A DNA stretch of 64,000 nucleotides from Pseudomonadota bacterium (GTDB lineage: Bacteria; Pseudomonadota; Gammaproteobacteria; Magnimaribacterales; D2472): assembly GCA_028404565.1 (NCBI GenBank), contig JAOOBR010000004.1, positions 1,827 through 65,826 of the forward strand. Direction: 5' to 3'. A program made the translations under genes and the position numbers. The stretch's first letter is position 1. Each line of letters opens with the position of its first letter. The notes beneath the pieces were generated by a model. It was given only the letters and a program-made list of their open reading frames with translations. It was not told the origin of the DNA and ran no database searches. Shown piece after piece: positions 1 to 12,270 of the stretch.

Positions 1-862
1 TCCGTCAGATCAGACAATGCTTCATGTTATACCTCAGGAATATACGATTGATGAACAAGATTCAATAAAAGAACCTATTGGTATGACTGGCGTTAGACTA
101 AAATCTAGTGTTCATCTCGTTACGTGTGCATCAAATGCTATCTCAAATATTGAAAAATGTATAAGTTCTTGTGATTTGAATGCAAATGCATTTGTATTAG
201 AGCAACTTGCAAGCTCATATTCAATATTAACTGAGGATGAAAAAGATTTAGGTGTTTGCATTGTTGATATTGGTGGAGGTACCACAGATATTGCAATTCT
301 TAATTCTGGATCAATTATTTTTACAGGCGTAATACCTATTGCAGGTGATCAAGTTACAAGCGATATTGCCGTTGCATTAAGAACACCTACATCACAAGCT
401 GAAGAAATAAAACAAACGCACGGATGCGCAGTTGCTGAATTTACAAATGATGAAGATATGATTGAGGTGCAGGGAGTTGGAGGAAGACCTCCGAGAGAAT
501 TAGCAAGAAGATCACTGGCGGAGATTATTGAACCAAGATATGTTGAACTATTTGAATTGATAAGAGCTGAGATTGAAAGGAATGGATTTGAGCACAAGAT
601 TCCTGCAGGCATAGTTTTAACTGGTGGAACTTCAAAAATGGAAGGTGTTATCGAATTAGCAGAGTCAATCTTTCAGACAAGCGTGAGATTGGGAGTGCCA
701 GAGAAATTTTCAGGCATGGAAAATGTTCTGCGAAATCCAATATATGCAACATCAATAGGTTTATTAGCATATGGCAATGACAGAATTAAAAATGGACTTG
801 TATCAAACTCAGGAGATAGCTTTGTGTCCAAAGCTTGGAGTTGGCTTAAAAATAATTATTGA
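1..862 (+). CDS. ftsA: Cell division protein FtsA, 5'-truncated by the window edge
   Basis: LHVIPQEY, VDIGGGTTD, GIVLTGG motifs and a C-terminal amphipathic helix (SFVSKAWSWLKNNY). The frame is open back to the window start. Confidence 0.96.
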   Translation, partial: PSDQTMLHVIPQEYTIDEQDSIKEPIGMTGVRLKSSVHLVTCASNAISNIEKCISSCDLNANAFVLEQLASSYSILTEDEKDLGVCIVDIGGGTTDIAILNSGSIIFTGVIPIAGDQVTSDIAVALRTPTSQAEEIKQTHGCAVAEFTNDEDMIEVQGVGGRPPRELARRSLAEIIEPRYVELFELIRAEIERNGFEHKIPAGIVLTGGTSKMEGVIELAESIFQTSVRLGVPEKFSGMENVLRNPIYATSIGLLAYGNDRIKNGLVSNSGDSFVSKAWSWLKNNY

Positions 863-892
863 TTAGAAACAAATTTTATATATAATTCATTC

Positions 893-936
893 ACCTTGAT
901 TTAGCAAATAAGTGTTAAGTCTTATAACCATAGGGT
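893..936 (+). promoter_or_regulatory. S6:S18 ribosomal protein autoregulatory leader (rpsF leader)
   Basis: ACCTT(893-897) pairs with AGGGT(932-936, RBS region). GATTTAGC(898-905) pairs with GTTAAGTC(914-921). CCA(928-930) lies in the internal loop, matching the CCR motif. TATAAT at 881-886. Confidence 0.75.
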
Positions 937-940
937 AAAA

Positions 941-1426
941 ATGCAGAATTACGAAATAGCTTTAATAATTAATCCTGACCTTTCGAAGGATATTGATAAG
1001 TTTTTTACTAGTTTTGAAAAACTATTATCAGATAACAATTTTTCCATATCTAGATTAGAGGATGTGGGAAGAAGAAAGCTTGCATACTCAATAGATGACC
1101 ATAACAAAGGCCATTACCTTTTCTATTATGTAGAAGGTACCCCAGAAAATGTTTCTGAAATTGAAAACAAGATAAAGTTTAACGATATGATAATTAGACA
1201 TTTATTCGTAAAAATTAATAATATTCCAGACTTTGAATCTGATCTGAAAGAGGACTCTGCAAAAGAAGAGGATAAACCTAAAAAAGCCACGAAATCAGTT
1301 GAAAAAAAAGATGATGATAAAAAGTCAGATGTATCGAAGGAAAATGCTGATGAAGTTAGCGAAGAGGAAAAAGTAACTGAAAATACAAAAGCTGAGAGTG
1401 AAAAAGAGGAGACTAAAGATGAGTAA
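941..1426 (+). CDS. rpsF: 30S ribosomal protein S6 with long charged C-terminal tail
   Basis: [27 protein letters not shown] motifs; first gene of the rpsF-rpsR-rplI operon. Confidence 0.95.
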   Translation: MQNYEIALIINPDLSKDIDKFFTSFEKLLSDNNFSISRLEDVGRRKLAYSIDDHNKGHYLFYYVEGTPENVSEIENKIKFNDMIIRHLFVKINNIPDFESDLKEDSAKEEDKPKKATKSVEKKDDDKKSDVSKENADEVSEEEKVTENTKAESEKEETKDE

Positions 1427-1610
1427 TCTCGATTCAAAATTTATAAATTATAAAAATATTGATTTACTTAAGAGGTATATAACTGAAACTGGAAAAATCG
1501 TTCCTGGAAGAGTTTCTGGAGTTACCTCTTCTCAGCAAAGGAAAATTACAAAAGCAATTAAGGTTGCTAGATATATGGCTCTATTGCCATATACAGATTC
1601 ACATAAATAA
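1419..1610 (+). CDS. rpsR: 30S ribosomal protein S18 (short, Cys-free)
   Basis: [26 protein letters not shown]...[12 protein letters not shown] at 1419 follows GAGGAG. Confidence 0.95.
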   Translation: MSNLDSKFINYKNIDLLKRYITETGKIVPGRVSGVTSSQQRKITKAIKVARYMALLPYTDSHK

Positions 1611-1612
1611 AT

Positions 1613-2059
1613 ATGAAAATTATATTGCTAGATAAAATTATTCGCCTAGGTGATATTGGAGATGTTGTTGATGTGAAGTCAGGGTTTGCAAGGAATTACT
1701 TAATACCTCAGAAAAAAGCAATGTTTGCTAACGAAGAGAATATTAAAATAGTTGAAGCAAAAAAAGCAGAATTAGCAGCAGAATCAGAAGATCTTAAAGT
1801 TCAAGCTCAAGCAGCTGCAGATGCTGTATCTGGTAAAGAAGTAGTAATCAAAGTTGCTGTTTCCGAAGAGGGTTCTATGTATGGTTCAATTGGAACTAGA
1901 GAAATAGAAGAAGCATGTCAGTCATCAGATATTCAAATTGATAAAAGCCAAGTTCAACTACCAGAGGGTCCTATTAAGGAAATAGGCGAGCATTCAGTAA
2001 CAATATCCTTCCATCAAGAGATTTCAACAGAAATCATAGTAAAAGTAGAATCAGAGTAG
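1613..2059 (+). CDS. rplI: 50S ribosomal protein L9
   Basis: LGDIGDVVDVKSGFARNYLIP and MYGSIG motifs. Confidence 0.97.
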   Translation: MKIILLDKIIRLGDIGDVVDVKSGFARNYLIPQKKAMFANEENIKIVEAKKAELAAESEDLKVQAQAAADAVSGKEVVIKVAVSEEGSMYGSIGTREIEEACQSSDIQIDKSQVQLPEGPIKEIGEHSVTISFHQEISTEIIVKVESE

Positions 2060-2097
2060 TTGTTTATTTTTGAATATGATGTAAAAATCATAAACCC

Positions 2098-3489
2098 ATG
2101 TCAGAAATAACTAACAATTTTAATCAACAAGCAAGAGAGACAGAGAAAGCTGTCCTAGGTGGACTTATGCTGGAAACTGAAAGATTTGATTCAGTTATCC
2201 TCAAAATTTCTGATAAAGATTTCCATGGCAAAGATCATCAATTAATTTTTGAGAGCATGGGAGAGCTTATTAATGAGAATAAGCCTCTTGATCCACTTAC
2301 AGTTTCTGAAAAGCTTGATAGTAAGAATCTTCTTAATAAAATCGGAGGTAAAGATTATCTAATATCTTTAGCAACCGAGACCCCAACTGCAGCTAACCTC
2401 GAGGCATATGCCGAAATTATCAGGCAAAGGTCCGTAGCAAGACAACTTATGAAAGCAAATTCTGAGATTGCTGAATTAATAAACAACCCTCAAGGAATGG
2501 ATGGTTTTAGTCTTCTTGATGAAGCTGAAAGAAAAATATTTTCTTTAAATGATGAAGCTAACAGGTCTCAGTCAAGCATTCTATCAATGAAGGAATTAAT
2601 ACCAAGATCGATTGATAGACTTCATCAATTGGCTGAAAGCGGCTCTCAACTCCTTGGAAGCTCAACTGGCTTTAAAGCAATAGATAATAAATTGCAGGGA
2701 CTCCAAGATGGAGATCTGATTGTTGTAGCTGGAAGACCGAGCATGGGAAAAACTGCATTTGCAATGAATATAGCTGAAAATGTTTTAGTAGATAACGTTG
2801 AAAACACAGGAGCAGTGCTTGTATTTAGTCTTGAGATGCCCGCAGAATCATTGACCACTAGATTACTTTCAGGAATGTCAAGACTTGACCAACAGGATGT
2901 TCGATCGGGAAAGCTTGATAATAAACAAGTAACTCAGGTTGTTGAGCAAAGCAAAAGGTTGCGTGAACTCCCTCTATACATTGATGATAGTTCTATACTT
3001 TCACCTATGGAGCTTAGAGCCAGAGCAAGAAGAATAAATAGACAAGAGCCAAATGGGCTTTCACTAATTATTGTAGATTATTTACAGTTAATGCAGGTTC
3101 CAGGGTCTCTCGAAAACCGTGTTAATCAGATTTCTGAGATCTCAAGATCTTTAAAGTCTTTGGCTAAAGAGTTAAATGTTCCTGTCATAGCACTATCTCA
3201 GCTAAACAGGGCAGTTGAACAAAGAACAGATAAAAGACCGATGATGGCTGATTTAAGAGATTCAGGAGCAATTGAGCAGGATGCAGATGTTATCTTATTT
3301 ATTTATAGAGACGAAGTTTACAATGAAGATACTGATCAGGGTAACAAAGCTGAGATAATTATTGGAAAACAAAGAAATGGTCCAATTGGAAAAACTTATC
3401 TAACTTTCTTGAAACAGTATGCAAGATTTGAAGACTTTGTTCCTGATGACAGGCTCCCAGAGGAAGGCCTTTACAGTAAGTTTGAATGA
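2098..3489 (+). CDS. dnaB: Replicative DNA helicase DnaB (no intein)
   Basis: Walker A AGRPSMGKT, IVDYLQL, LSQLNR, DLRDSGAIEQDAD, KQRNGP. Confidence 0.98.
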   Translation: MSEITNNFNQQARETEKAVLGGLMLETERFDSVILKISDKDFHGKDHQLIFESMGELINENKPLDPLTVSEKLDSKNLLNKIGGKDYLISLATETPTAANLEAYAEIIRQRSVARQLMKANSEIAELINNPQGMDGFSLLDEAERKIFSLNDEANRSQSSILSMKELIPRSIDRLHQLAESGSQLLGSSTGFKAIDNKLQGLQDGDLIVVAGRPSMGKTAFAMNIAENVLVDNVENTGAVLVFSLEMPAESLTTRLLSGMSRLDQQDVRSGKLDNKQVTQVVEQSKRLRELPLYIDDSSILSPMELRARARRINRQEPNGLSLIIVDYLQLMQVPGSLENRVNQISEISRSLKSLAKELNVPVIALSQLNRAVEQRTDKRPMMADLRDSGAIEQDADVILFIYRDEVYNEDTDQGNKAEIIIGKQRNGPIGKTYLTFLKQYARFEDFVPDDRLPEEGLYSKFE

Positions 3490-4538
3490 CAACTCACTCA
3501 GCTGAGCTAATTGTTGATTGCTCTAAGATTATTAGCAATATTTCTCATCTAAAATCACTTATAAGCACTGAGTCAAAATTTATGTTCATTGTGAAAAGCA
3601 ATGCATATGGACACAGCTTAAAAGAGATTGTAAAAAATCTTGAAAGCTATGTTGATGCTTTTGGTGTCGTTAGAATGGAAGAAGCTATTTTAGTTAGAAA
3701 AGCTTCAAGTAAGCCTATTCTTCTGATGCAAGGTATTTATACAGAGGGTGAAATAAACACAGCTAAAGAAAATAATATACAAGTAGTTATCCATAAAATG
3801 TGCCAGTTTGAGTTAATTGGCAAGAATCATAGTGAGCTTGGTCTTTGGATAAAGATAAATACTGGCATGAATAGATTAGGGCTTTCACAAGAAGAATTAA
3901 AATTAGTCTACAAAAAGGGGATTATAGGTTCAGATTCTGTGCTTATGACACATATGGCATGTGGAGATGATCCGGATGATCCAATGAATAAGATGCAAAT
4001 AAATAACTTTGAAAAAGCTTTTGACTTGGTTGAGAGGAAAACGAAAAGGAGTATTTGCAATAGCGCGTGCTTAATAAATTTTCCTGAACTTTCATTTGAT
4101 TGGGTTAGGTCAGGTATAGCTGCTTATGGTGGAGAATTTAAAAATTTAAACCTTAAAACAGCAATGACATTCAGAGCCCCAATAATTTCGATAAGAAACA
4201 TAAGAAAAGGAGAAAGAGTTGGATATGGTGGAAGAATGAAAGCATCTGAGGATATGAGAATTGCGATAGTCTATGCCGGGTATGCTGACGGAATCCCGCA
4301 GACAACAACAGATGGGACTAAAGTGTTGGTAAATGACAAACAGGCCAAAATTTTTGGGAGAGTGAGTATGGATTTAGTATCAATAGATATCACAAATCTT
4401 TCTCAAGTCTCTGAAAATGATCTTGTTTCATTCTGGTCTGAAGAACTTCCAATCAATGAATTTTCAAACAATAATGGATTGATTTCATATGAGCTTATGA
4501 CTAGAATCAGTAGCAGAGTAAATGTAAAAGTAATTTAA
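3486..4538 (+). CDS. alr: Alanine racemase
   Basis: PLP lysine motif VKSNAYGH, KINTGMNRLG, GYADG, GRVSMD; follows dnaB. Confidence 0.95.
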   Translation: MTTHSAELIVDCSKIISNISHLKSLISTESKFMFIVKSNAYGHSLKEIVKNLESYVDAFGVVRMEEAILVRKASSKPILLMQGIYTEGEINTAKENNIQVVIHKMCQFELIGKNHSELGLWIKINTGMNRLGLSQEELKLVYKKGIIGSDSVLMTHMACGDDPDDPMNKMQINNFEKAFDLVERKTKRSICNSACLINFPELSFDWVRSGIAAYGGEFKNLNLKTAMTFRAPIISIRNIRKGERVGYGGRMKASEDMRIAIVYAGYADGIPQTTTDGTKVLVNDKQAKIFGRVSMDLVSIDITNLSQVSENDLVSFWSEELPINEFSNNNGLISYELMTRISSRVNVKVI

Positions 4539-5630
4539 ATGAAAATTAATTATCTTAATAATACACCCAGAAAGGTAATCGACTCAGACGACTTGCCTGA
4601 CTATATGTCAGCGAATGATGTTACCGATGTTGTTGAAATTTTTAATACGCCTTTGACGGGATCATATAATTGGGACTATACAATTCAAGATAATAGAATA
4701 AAAAAGCTTTACGAGTTAGGGAAAGAGCTTAACTGGAATTCTAATATGGATATTAACTGGGATAGACCCGTGGTTCATTTAGATGAACCACCACCAATCT
4801 TTTGGGATGATTATGAGCCTTATATAAAGATGTCAGATAAAGAAAAATTGAGATTTCTTAGACATAGACAGGCATGGAGCATGAGTCAGTTCCTGCATGG
4901 TGAGCAAGGAGCTTTACTTGTGGCATCCCAGCTAACTAGTTGTGCACCAACTTATAATGCAAAGCTTTATGCAGCTTCACAAACTTTTGATGAAGCTAGA
5001 CATGTGGAAAGCTTTAATAGATATGTTCAATCGAGAATGGAACTCATGTATCCAATTGGCAATGCTCTTAAATCAATTTTAGATAAGATCCTTACAGATC
5101 CAAGATGGGATCTTAAGTTCATTGGGATGCAATTAATTATTGAAGGACTGGCACTAGCAGCTTTTAGAACCTCAAGGGACTTAACACCAGATCCTGTCTT
5201 AAAAGATATGCTTGATTTAATAATCCGAGATGAAGCAAGACATGTTACTTTTGGCATAAATTATTTAGAAGAGTTTGTTACAACTTTATCTGAAAAAGAG
5301 ATTGAAGAAAGAGCTCAGTTTGCCTATGAGGCATGCTACTTAAGTAAAGAAAGACTTGTTTCCATAGAAGTCTATGAACACTTTGGTTGGGACGTTGAAG
5401 ATGCAAGACAATTTCAGCTAAGTTCTGAAATAATGCAAACATTCCAAAAACTTCTGTTTCAAAGGGTTATGCCAAATCTTAAGAGGATTGGACTACTAAC
5501 TGATTCAATTAGACCAAAATTCGAGAAACTCGGTATTCTTGAGTACGAAGATGATGCAAGTGATGCTGACATTGATTGGGCTGATCTATCAAGACCATTA
5601 TTCAAAGAAACTGCAGAGTTAGCACCATAA
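4539..5630 (+). CDS. Ferritin-like diiron-carboxylate protein (AurF-like), function unknown
   Basis: Two E...DExRH units: FLHGEQGA...TFDEARH and IIEGLA...IRDEARH. Confidence 0.8.
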   Translation: MKINYLNNTPRKVIDSDDLPDYMSANDVTDVVEIFNTPLTGSYNWDYTIQDNRIKKLYELGKELNWNSNMDINWDRPVVHLDEPPPIFWDDYEPYIKMSDKEKLRFLRHRQAWSMSQFLHGEQGALLVASQLTSCAPTYNAKLYAASQTFDEARHVESFNRYVQSRMELMYPIGNALKSILDKILTDPRWDLKFIGMQLIIEGLALAAFRTSRDLTPDPVLKDMLDLIIRDEARHVTFGINYLEEFVTTLSEKEIEERAQFAYEACYLSKERLVSIEVYEHFGWDVEDARQFQLSSEIMQTFQKLLFQRVMPNLKRIGLLTDSIRPKFEKLGILEYEDDASDADIDWADLSRPLFKETAELAP

Positions 5631-5678
5631 AGCATTTATATAATCTTTAATATCTGTTATTCTGTTATCCCATCATGA

Positions 5679-8158
<2,480 letters not shown>

Positions 8159-8159
8159 A

Positions 8160-9431
8160 ATGCCCAAAATTGAAAATCTAACCTCCATTCAAGTTCTGGA
8201 TTCAAGAGGACTTCCCACAATTTCTACGGAAATATTGTTAGATGATGGGACTAGATCAGTTGCAATGGTGCCTAGCGGAGCTTCAACTGGCGAAAAAGAA
8301 GCTCTTGAACTTCGGGATGGAGGTCAAGCATTCCTTGGAAAAGGCGTAACAAAAGCCATAGACAATGTTAATGATCGCATAAAGAATTCTCTTATAGGAG
8401 AGAATCCACTTGACCAAGATCATATCGATGAAATCTTAAATAACATTGATGGTACAAGTGACAAATCTAATCTTGGAGCTAATGCAATTCTTTCTGTATC
8501 AATAGCTTCTGCAAAAGCATCATCTAAATCAGAGAATTTAGATTTACATGATTATTTTAACATTTTGCTTGGTAATAAAATGGGCAAAACAATTGATCAA
8601 GTTATTCCAATACCGATGTTAAATATTCTTAACGGTGGTGAGCATGCTGACAACAATATCGATATACAAGAATTCATGATTATTCCAAAAGGAGCTGTTA
8701 ATTTTTCGCAAGCAATGCAGTGGTCTTCTGAGATATATTGGAATCTAAAATCTATTCTTAAAGAAAAAGGGTTATCAACTGCAGTAGGCGATGAAGGTGG
8801 GTTTGCTCCAAATCTCAACACAAATAGAGAAGCTCTTGAGTTAATAGCAAGGGCGGTAGATAAAACTAATCTTAAGTTAGGTTCAGATATCTGTATATCC
8901 TTGGATTGTGCTGCAAGTGAATTTTATGAAAATGGCACTTATCATCTTAAGGGTGAAGATAGAGAGCTTACTAGTTCGGAATTTGCTGAATATTTAGAGG
9001 GTTTGGCAAATGATTTCCCAATAATATCTATTGAAGATGGGATGGATGAAAATGATCTAGAGGGATGGAAACTGCTTACTAAACAAATTGGAGGAAAATG
9101 TCAGCTCGTTGGCGATGATCTTTTTGTTACAAATCCTGAAGTCCTCAAAAAAGGAATTAGTGATGAGATTGCTAATTCAGTTTTAATAAAATATAACCAA
9201 ATTGGAACAATATCAGAAACACTTGAAACGATTTCTATTGCCTTAAATAACGACTATCAAAATATTATTTCGCACAGATCTGGAGAGACTGAGGACTCAT
9301 CAATTTCTGATCTTGCAGTCGGAACAGGAGCCGGTCAAATTAAAACGGGAGCACCATGCAGATCTGAAAGGGTTGCAAAATATAATAGGCTTTATTGGAT
9401 TGATAAGAAAAATAGCTTTTCATATGGCTGA
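8160..9431 (+). CDS. eno: Enolase
   Basis: VPSGASTG, GDEGGFAP, VGDDLFVTN, SHRSGETED, QIKTG. Confidence 0.98.
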   Translation: MPKIENLTSIQVLDSRGLPTISTEILLDDGTRSVAMVPSGASTGEKEALELRDGGQAFLGKGVTKAIDNVNDRIKNSLIGENPLDQDHIDEILNNIDGTSDKSNLGANAILSVSIASAKASSKSENLDLHDYFNILLGNKMGKTIDQVIPIPMLNILNGGEHADNNIDIQEFMIIPKGAVNFSQAMQWSSEIYWNLKSILKEKGLSTAVGDEGGFAPNLNTNREALELIARAVDKTNLKLGSDICISLDCAASEFYENGTYHLKGEDRELTSSEFAEYLEGLANDFPIISIEDGMDENDLEGWKLLTKQIGGKCQLVGDDLFVTNPEVLKKGISDEIANSVLIKYNQIGTISETLETISIALNNDYQNIISHRSGETEDSSISDLAVGTGAGQIKTGAPCRSERVAKYNRLYWIDKKNSFSYG

Positions 9432-9709
9432 TGATGAGATTAGCGCCTTTAATTATTATTTTATTTTTCCTTCTTATTGCAGCTCTTTTGTATTCATTAT
9501 TTTTCAGTGAAAGCAGTATTAATGAGAGAAATATGATTGTTGAGAGCAACAAAGAGTTGCTAGAAGAAAATCAAAGACTAATGGATGAAAATAAAAAGTT
9601 ATCTGAAAGTATTAAACAAGCTCAAGAAAACCCAAATATGCATATTGAAAATATTGCTCGTGAAAAATTTAACCTCACTATGCCTGATGAAGAGTTTATA
9701 GTTTTTTGA
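9431..9709 (+). CDS. ftsB: Cell division protein FtsB
   Basis: N-terminal TM helix, coiled coil, IENIAREKFNL...E motif; sits between eno and ispD. Confidence 0.85.
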   Translation: MMRLAPLIIILFFLLIAALLYSLFFSESSINERNMIVESNKELLEENQRLMDENKKLSESIKQAQENPNMHIENIAREKFNLTMPDEEFIVF

Positions 9710-9723
9710 AGAAGAGGATGAAA

Positions 9724-10857
9724 ATGAATAACAACCTTTTGGTAATTATTCCATGTGCTGGAATAGGTAATAGATTTTCGTCACAAATTGAAAAACAGCA
9801 TGCAAGTTTGGGAGATTTATCAGTTATTGAGACAACTTTAAATACTTTTATGATGTTTAAGCCTGCTTCAAAGATTGTGGTTGTTGTAAAAGATCCAGAA
9901 AGTTTCCAAAAAAAAATAAGTATCAAACTAGATGAAAGATTCTCAATTGTAAGTGGAGGAAATTCTAGGTCAGAATCTGTACTAAACGGAATTAGAAGTG
10001 AAAATATTGAAAAATATGACTATATAATGACCCATGATGGAGTGAGACCATATATTGACCTTGATTCTTTAGAAAAGATATATGCATCTATCCTGGAATC
10101 TGATTATGATTGTATTTTTTATGGGATAAAGCCAAAAGATTCAATTAAAAGATTAGAAGGAGGATCTTGTAAGGTTGAAGAAAGAGATAACTTTATTTTA
10201 GTTCAAACACCTCAAATCTGTGAATCTAAGAAATTAAAGAACGCTCTTGAAGTACTAACTTCCAAAAATATTTATCCTACTGATGAGAGCTCAGCAATGG
10301 AGAACTCTGGATACAGTGTAAATTTTATTGAGGGGTCGCAAAAAAATATAAAAATTACTTTTCAAGAGGATTTAGTAAAAAAGGATATTCTTATTGGGAA
10401 TGGGTTTGATTTACACAGATTTTGTGAGGGAAATTCAATAGTCTTTGGTGGAGTAAAATTTCCATTCGAATTCGGAATTGAAGCAATATCCGATGGTGAT
10501 GTAATTTTACATTCTTTAGCTGACTCAATTTTAGGAGCATTATCTGAAGGCGATATTGGAACTTCTTTTCCAGAAGATGACCCAAATAGTAAAGATTTAG
10601 ATAGTCGAGAAATAATTACACACTGCTTGGGTTTGATGAAAAAGAGGGGATATCATCTAAATAATATAGATATAACAGTTATATCTGAGATCCCAAAAAT
10701 TAGTCCAATTAGGAATCAGATCATAAAATCTTTATCTGAAATTTTTTCAATTGATTCAAGTAAAATAGGTTTGAAAGGCTCAACTATGGAAAAAATTGGA
10801 ACAATTGGAAAAGAGCAGGCTCTTGCAGTAATGACATCTGTAACACTAAAGAGATAA
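9724..10857 (+). CDS. ispDF: Bifunctional IspD/IspF fusion (MEP pathway)
   Basis: IspD motifs AGIGNRF..KQ, THDGVRP, VQTPQ, TDE, NIKIT run in frame into IspF motifs GNGFDLH, SDGDVILH, GDIG.FP, TMEKIG. Start chosen at the ATG after GAGG; the ORF is open from 9706. Confidence 0.92.
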   Translation: MNNNLLVIIPCAGIGNRFSSQIEKQHASLGDLSVIETTLNTFMMFKPASKIVVVVKDPESFQKKISIKLDERFSIVSGGNSRSESVLNGIRSENIEKYDYIMTHDGVRPYIDLDSLEKIYASILESDYDCIFYGIKPKDSIKRLEGGSCKVEERDNFILVQTPQICESKKLKNALEVLTSKNIYPTDESSAMENSGYSVNFIEGSQKNIKITFQEDLVKKDILIGNGFDLHRFCEGNSIVFGGVKFPFEFGIEAISDGDVILHSLADSILGALSEGDIGTSFPEDDPNSKDLDSREIITHCLGLMKKRGYHLNNIDITVISEIPKISPIRNQIIKSLSEIFSIDSSKIGLKGSTMEKIGTIGKEQALAVMTSVTLKR

Positions 10858-10859
10858 AT

Positions 10860-11612
10860 ATGAATATTCTTCTTACAAATGATGATGGTTTTGATGCTGA
10901 TGGAATTAAGGCCATTAGAACTGCATTAGAAAAGAGTCATAATGTCTATGTTGTAGCTCCAGAAAAAAATTGCAGTGGCCTTAGTGCATCTATCTCGTAC
11001 ATGAAAGAAATTGAAATCAAGAAGGAATCAGAAAGACTATACATTGTTAAAGGAACTCCAGCTGATTGCGCATATATTGGCTTATTAAATCTTTTAAATG
11101 ATGAAATAGATGTGCTTGTATCAGGCATCAATCTTGGAGCAAATATTGGGAATGATGTTTTGTATTCTGGGACTGTAGGAGCTGCGCTTGGAGGAAGAAA
11201 GCTGAAGTATCCGCCAATTGCAATTTCTTCATGTGAGTACAAACCTAAATCTCTTGAGTTTATAGCAAATAAGTCATGTGAATTAGTTGAATTAATAACT
11301 TCTTTTGAAAAACAGGAAATTTTAAATAAAGTTGTAAATATAAACTTTCCTGACATTGATCAAAAATCTTACAAGGGCATTAAAGTGGTTCCAATTGCTA
11401 AAAGAGATGTTCCACCAACTCCTGATATTCTAAAAAATAATTCTGACATTCAATCATTTAGGTATGCAGCATCTGGAGCGCCAATAAAGGAAGATTTTCT
11501 TACCGATGCGGAGGCTGTGAAACTTGGGTATGTATCTATATCAATTTTAGATTATGAATTACTAGATCCTAATTTTAATAGTCTTGAGTTTGAGAACTTC
11601 ATAAATGAATAA
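10860..11612 (+). CDS. surE: 5'/3'-nucleotidase SurE
   Basis: ILLTNDDG, GTPADC, SGINLGAN, YSGTVGAA. Confidence 0.96.
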   Translation: MNILLTNDDGFDADGIKAIRTALEKSHNVYVVAPEKNCSGLSASISYMKEIEIKKESERLYIVKGTPADCAYIGLLNLLNDEIDVLVSGINLGANIGNDVLYSGTVGAALGGRKLKYPPIAISSCEYKPKSLEFIANKSCELVELITSFEKQEILNKVVNINFPDIDQKSYKGIKVVPIAKRDVPPTPDILKNNSDIQSFRYAASGAPIKEDFLTDAEAVKLGYVSISILDYELLDPNFNSLEFENFINE

Positions 11613-12270
11613 CCCTAAAGCAATATATGAAAGACCGCTTGAAGAGATGATTGGAAAATTGCTTGAAATGGGCATCAAAGATTTTAGTGTTTTGGATGCA
11701 ATGAGAAGGGTGCCTAGACATATTTTTATTGATGAAGCCTTAAGGTCCAGAGCTTATGAAAATATGTCTTTACCCATTGGCTACAAACAAACCATATCGC
11801 AGCCATATATTGTTGCAAAAATGACAGAACTATTGGTTCGAAATTCAGCAAAACAAAATGAGAAATTTGAAAAGATTCTTGAGATAGGATCTGGTTGTGG
11901 ATACCAATCTGCTGTTCTTTCTTACTTTGCTGACGAGGTGCATTCCGTGGAAAGAATTAAACAATTAGTTAGCAAGTCTCGTGAGAATTTATCAGATTTA
12001 AGAATTCATAATGTCCTAATTAAAAATAGAGATGGCTTTAAAGGTTGGGATGAAGAAATTAAATATGATGGCATTCTTTGTGCAGCAGCACCCCCAGAAA
12101 TACCCAAAAGCCTTTTAGCTTTTTTAAAGGTTGGATGTTGTCTTGTTCTTCCAGTGGGTGGAAGCAAATCTCAGAAATTAAAAATAGTTACTAAAACTAA
12201 AAAGGGTTTTGATGAACAAGAATGCGAAAACGTTTCATTTGTTCCAATGCTAGGCGGTACTTCAAAATGA
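11605..12270 (+). CDS. pcm: Protein-L-isoaspartate O-methyltransferase
   Basis: VPRHIF, QTISQPYIVA, LEIGSGCGYQ, FVPM; follows surE. Confidence 0.96.
   Translation: MNNPKAIYERPLEEMIGKLLEMGIKDFSVLDAMRRVPRHIFIDEALRSRAYENMSLPIGYKQTISQPYIVAKMTELLVRNSAKQNEKFEKILEIGSGCGYQSAVLSYFADEVHSVERIKQLVSKSRENLSDLRIHNVLIKNRDGFKGWDEEIKYDGILCAAAPPEIPKSLLAFLKVGCCLVLPVGGSKSQKLKIVTKTKKGFDEQECENVSFVPMLGGTSK

Noticed and set aside
2098-3489. Possible intein or domain insertion in DnaB (also checked for RecA)
   Set aside because: Both proteins have normal length and contiguous motifs.
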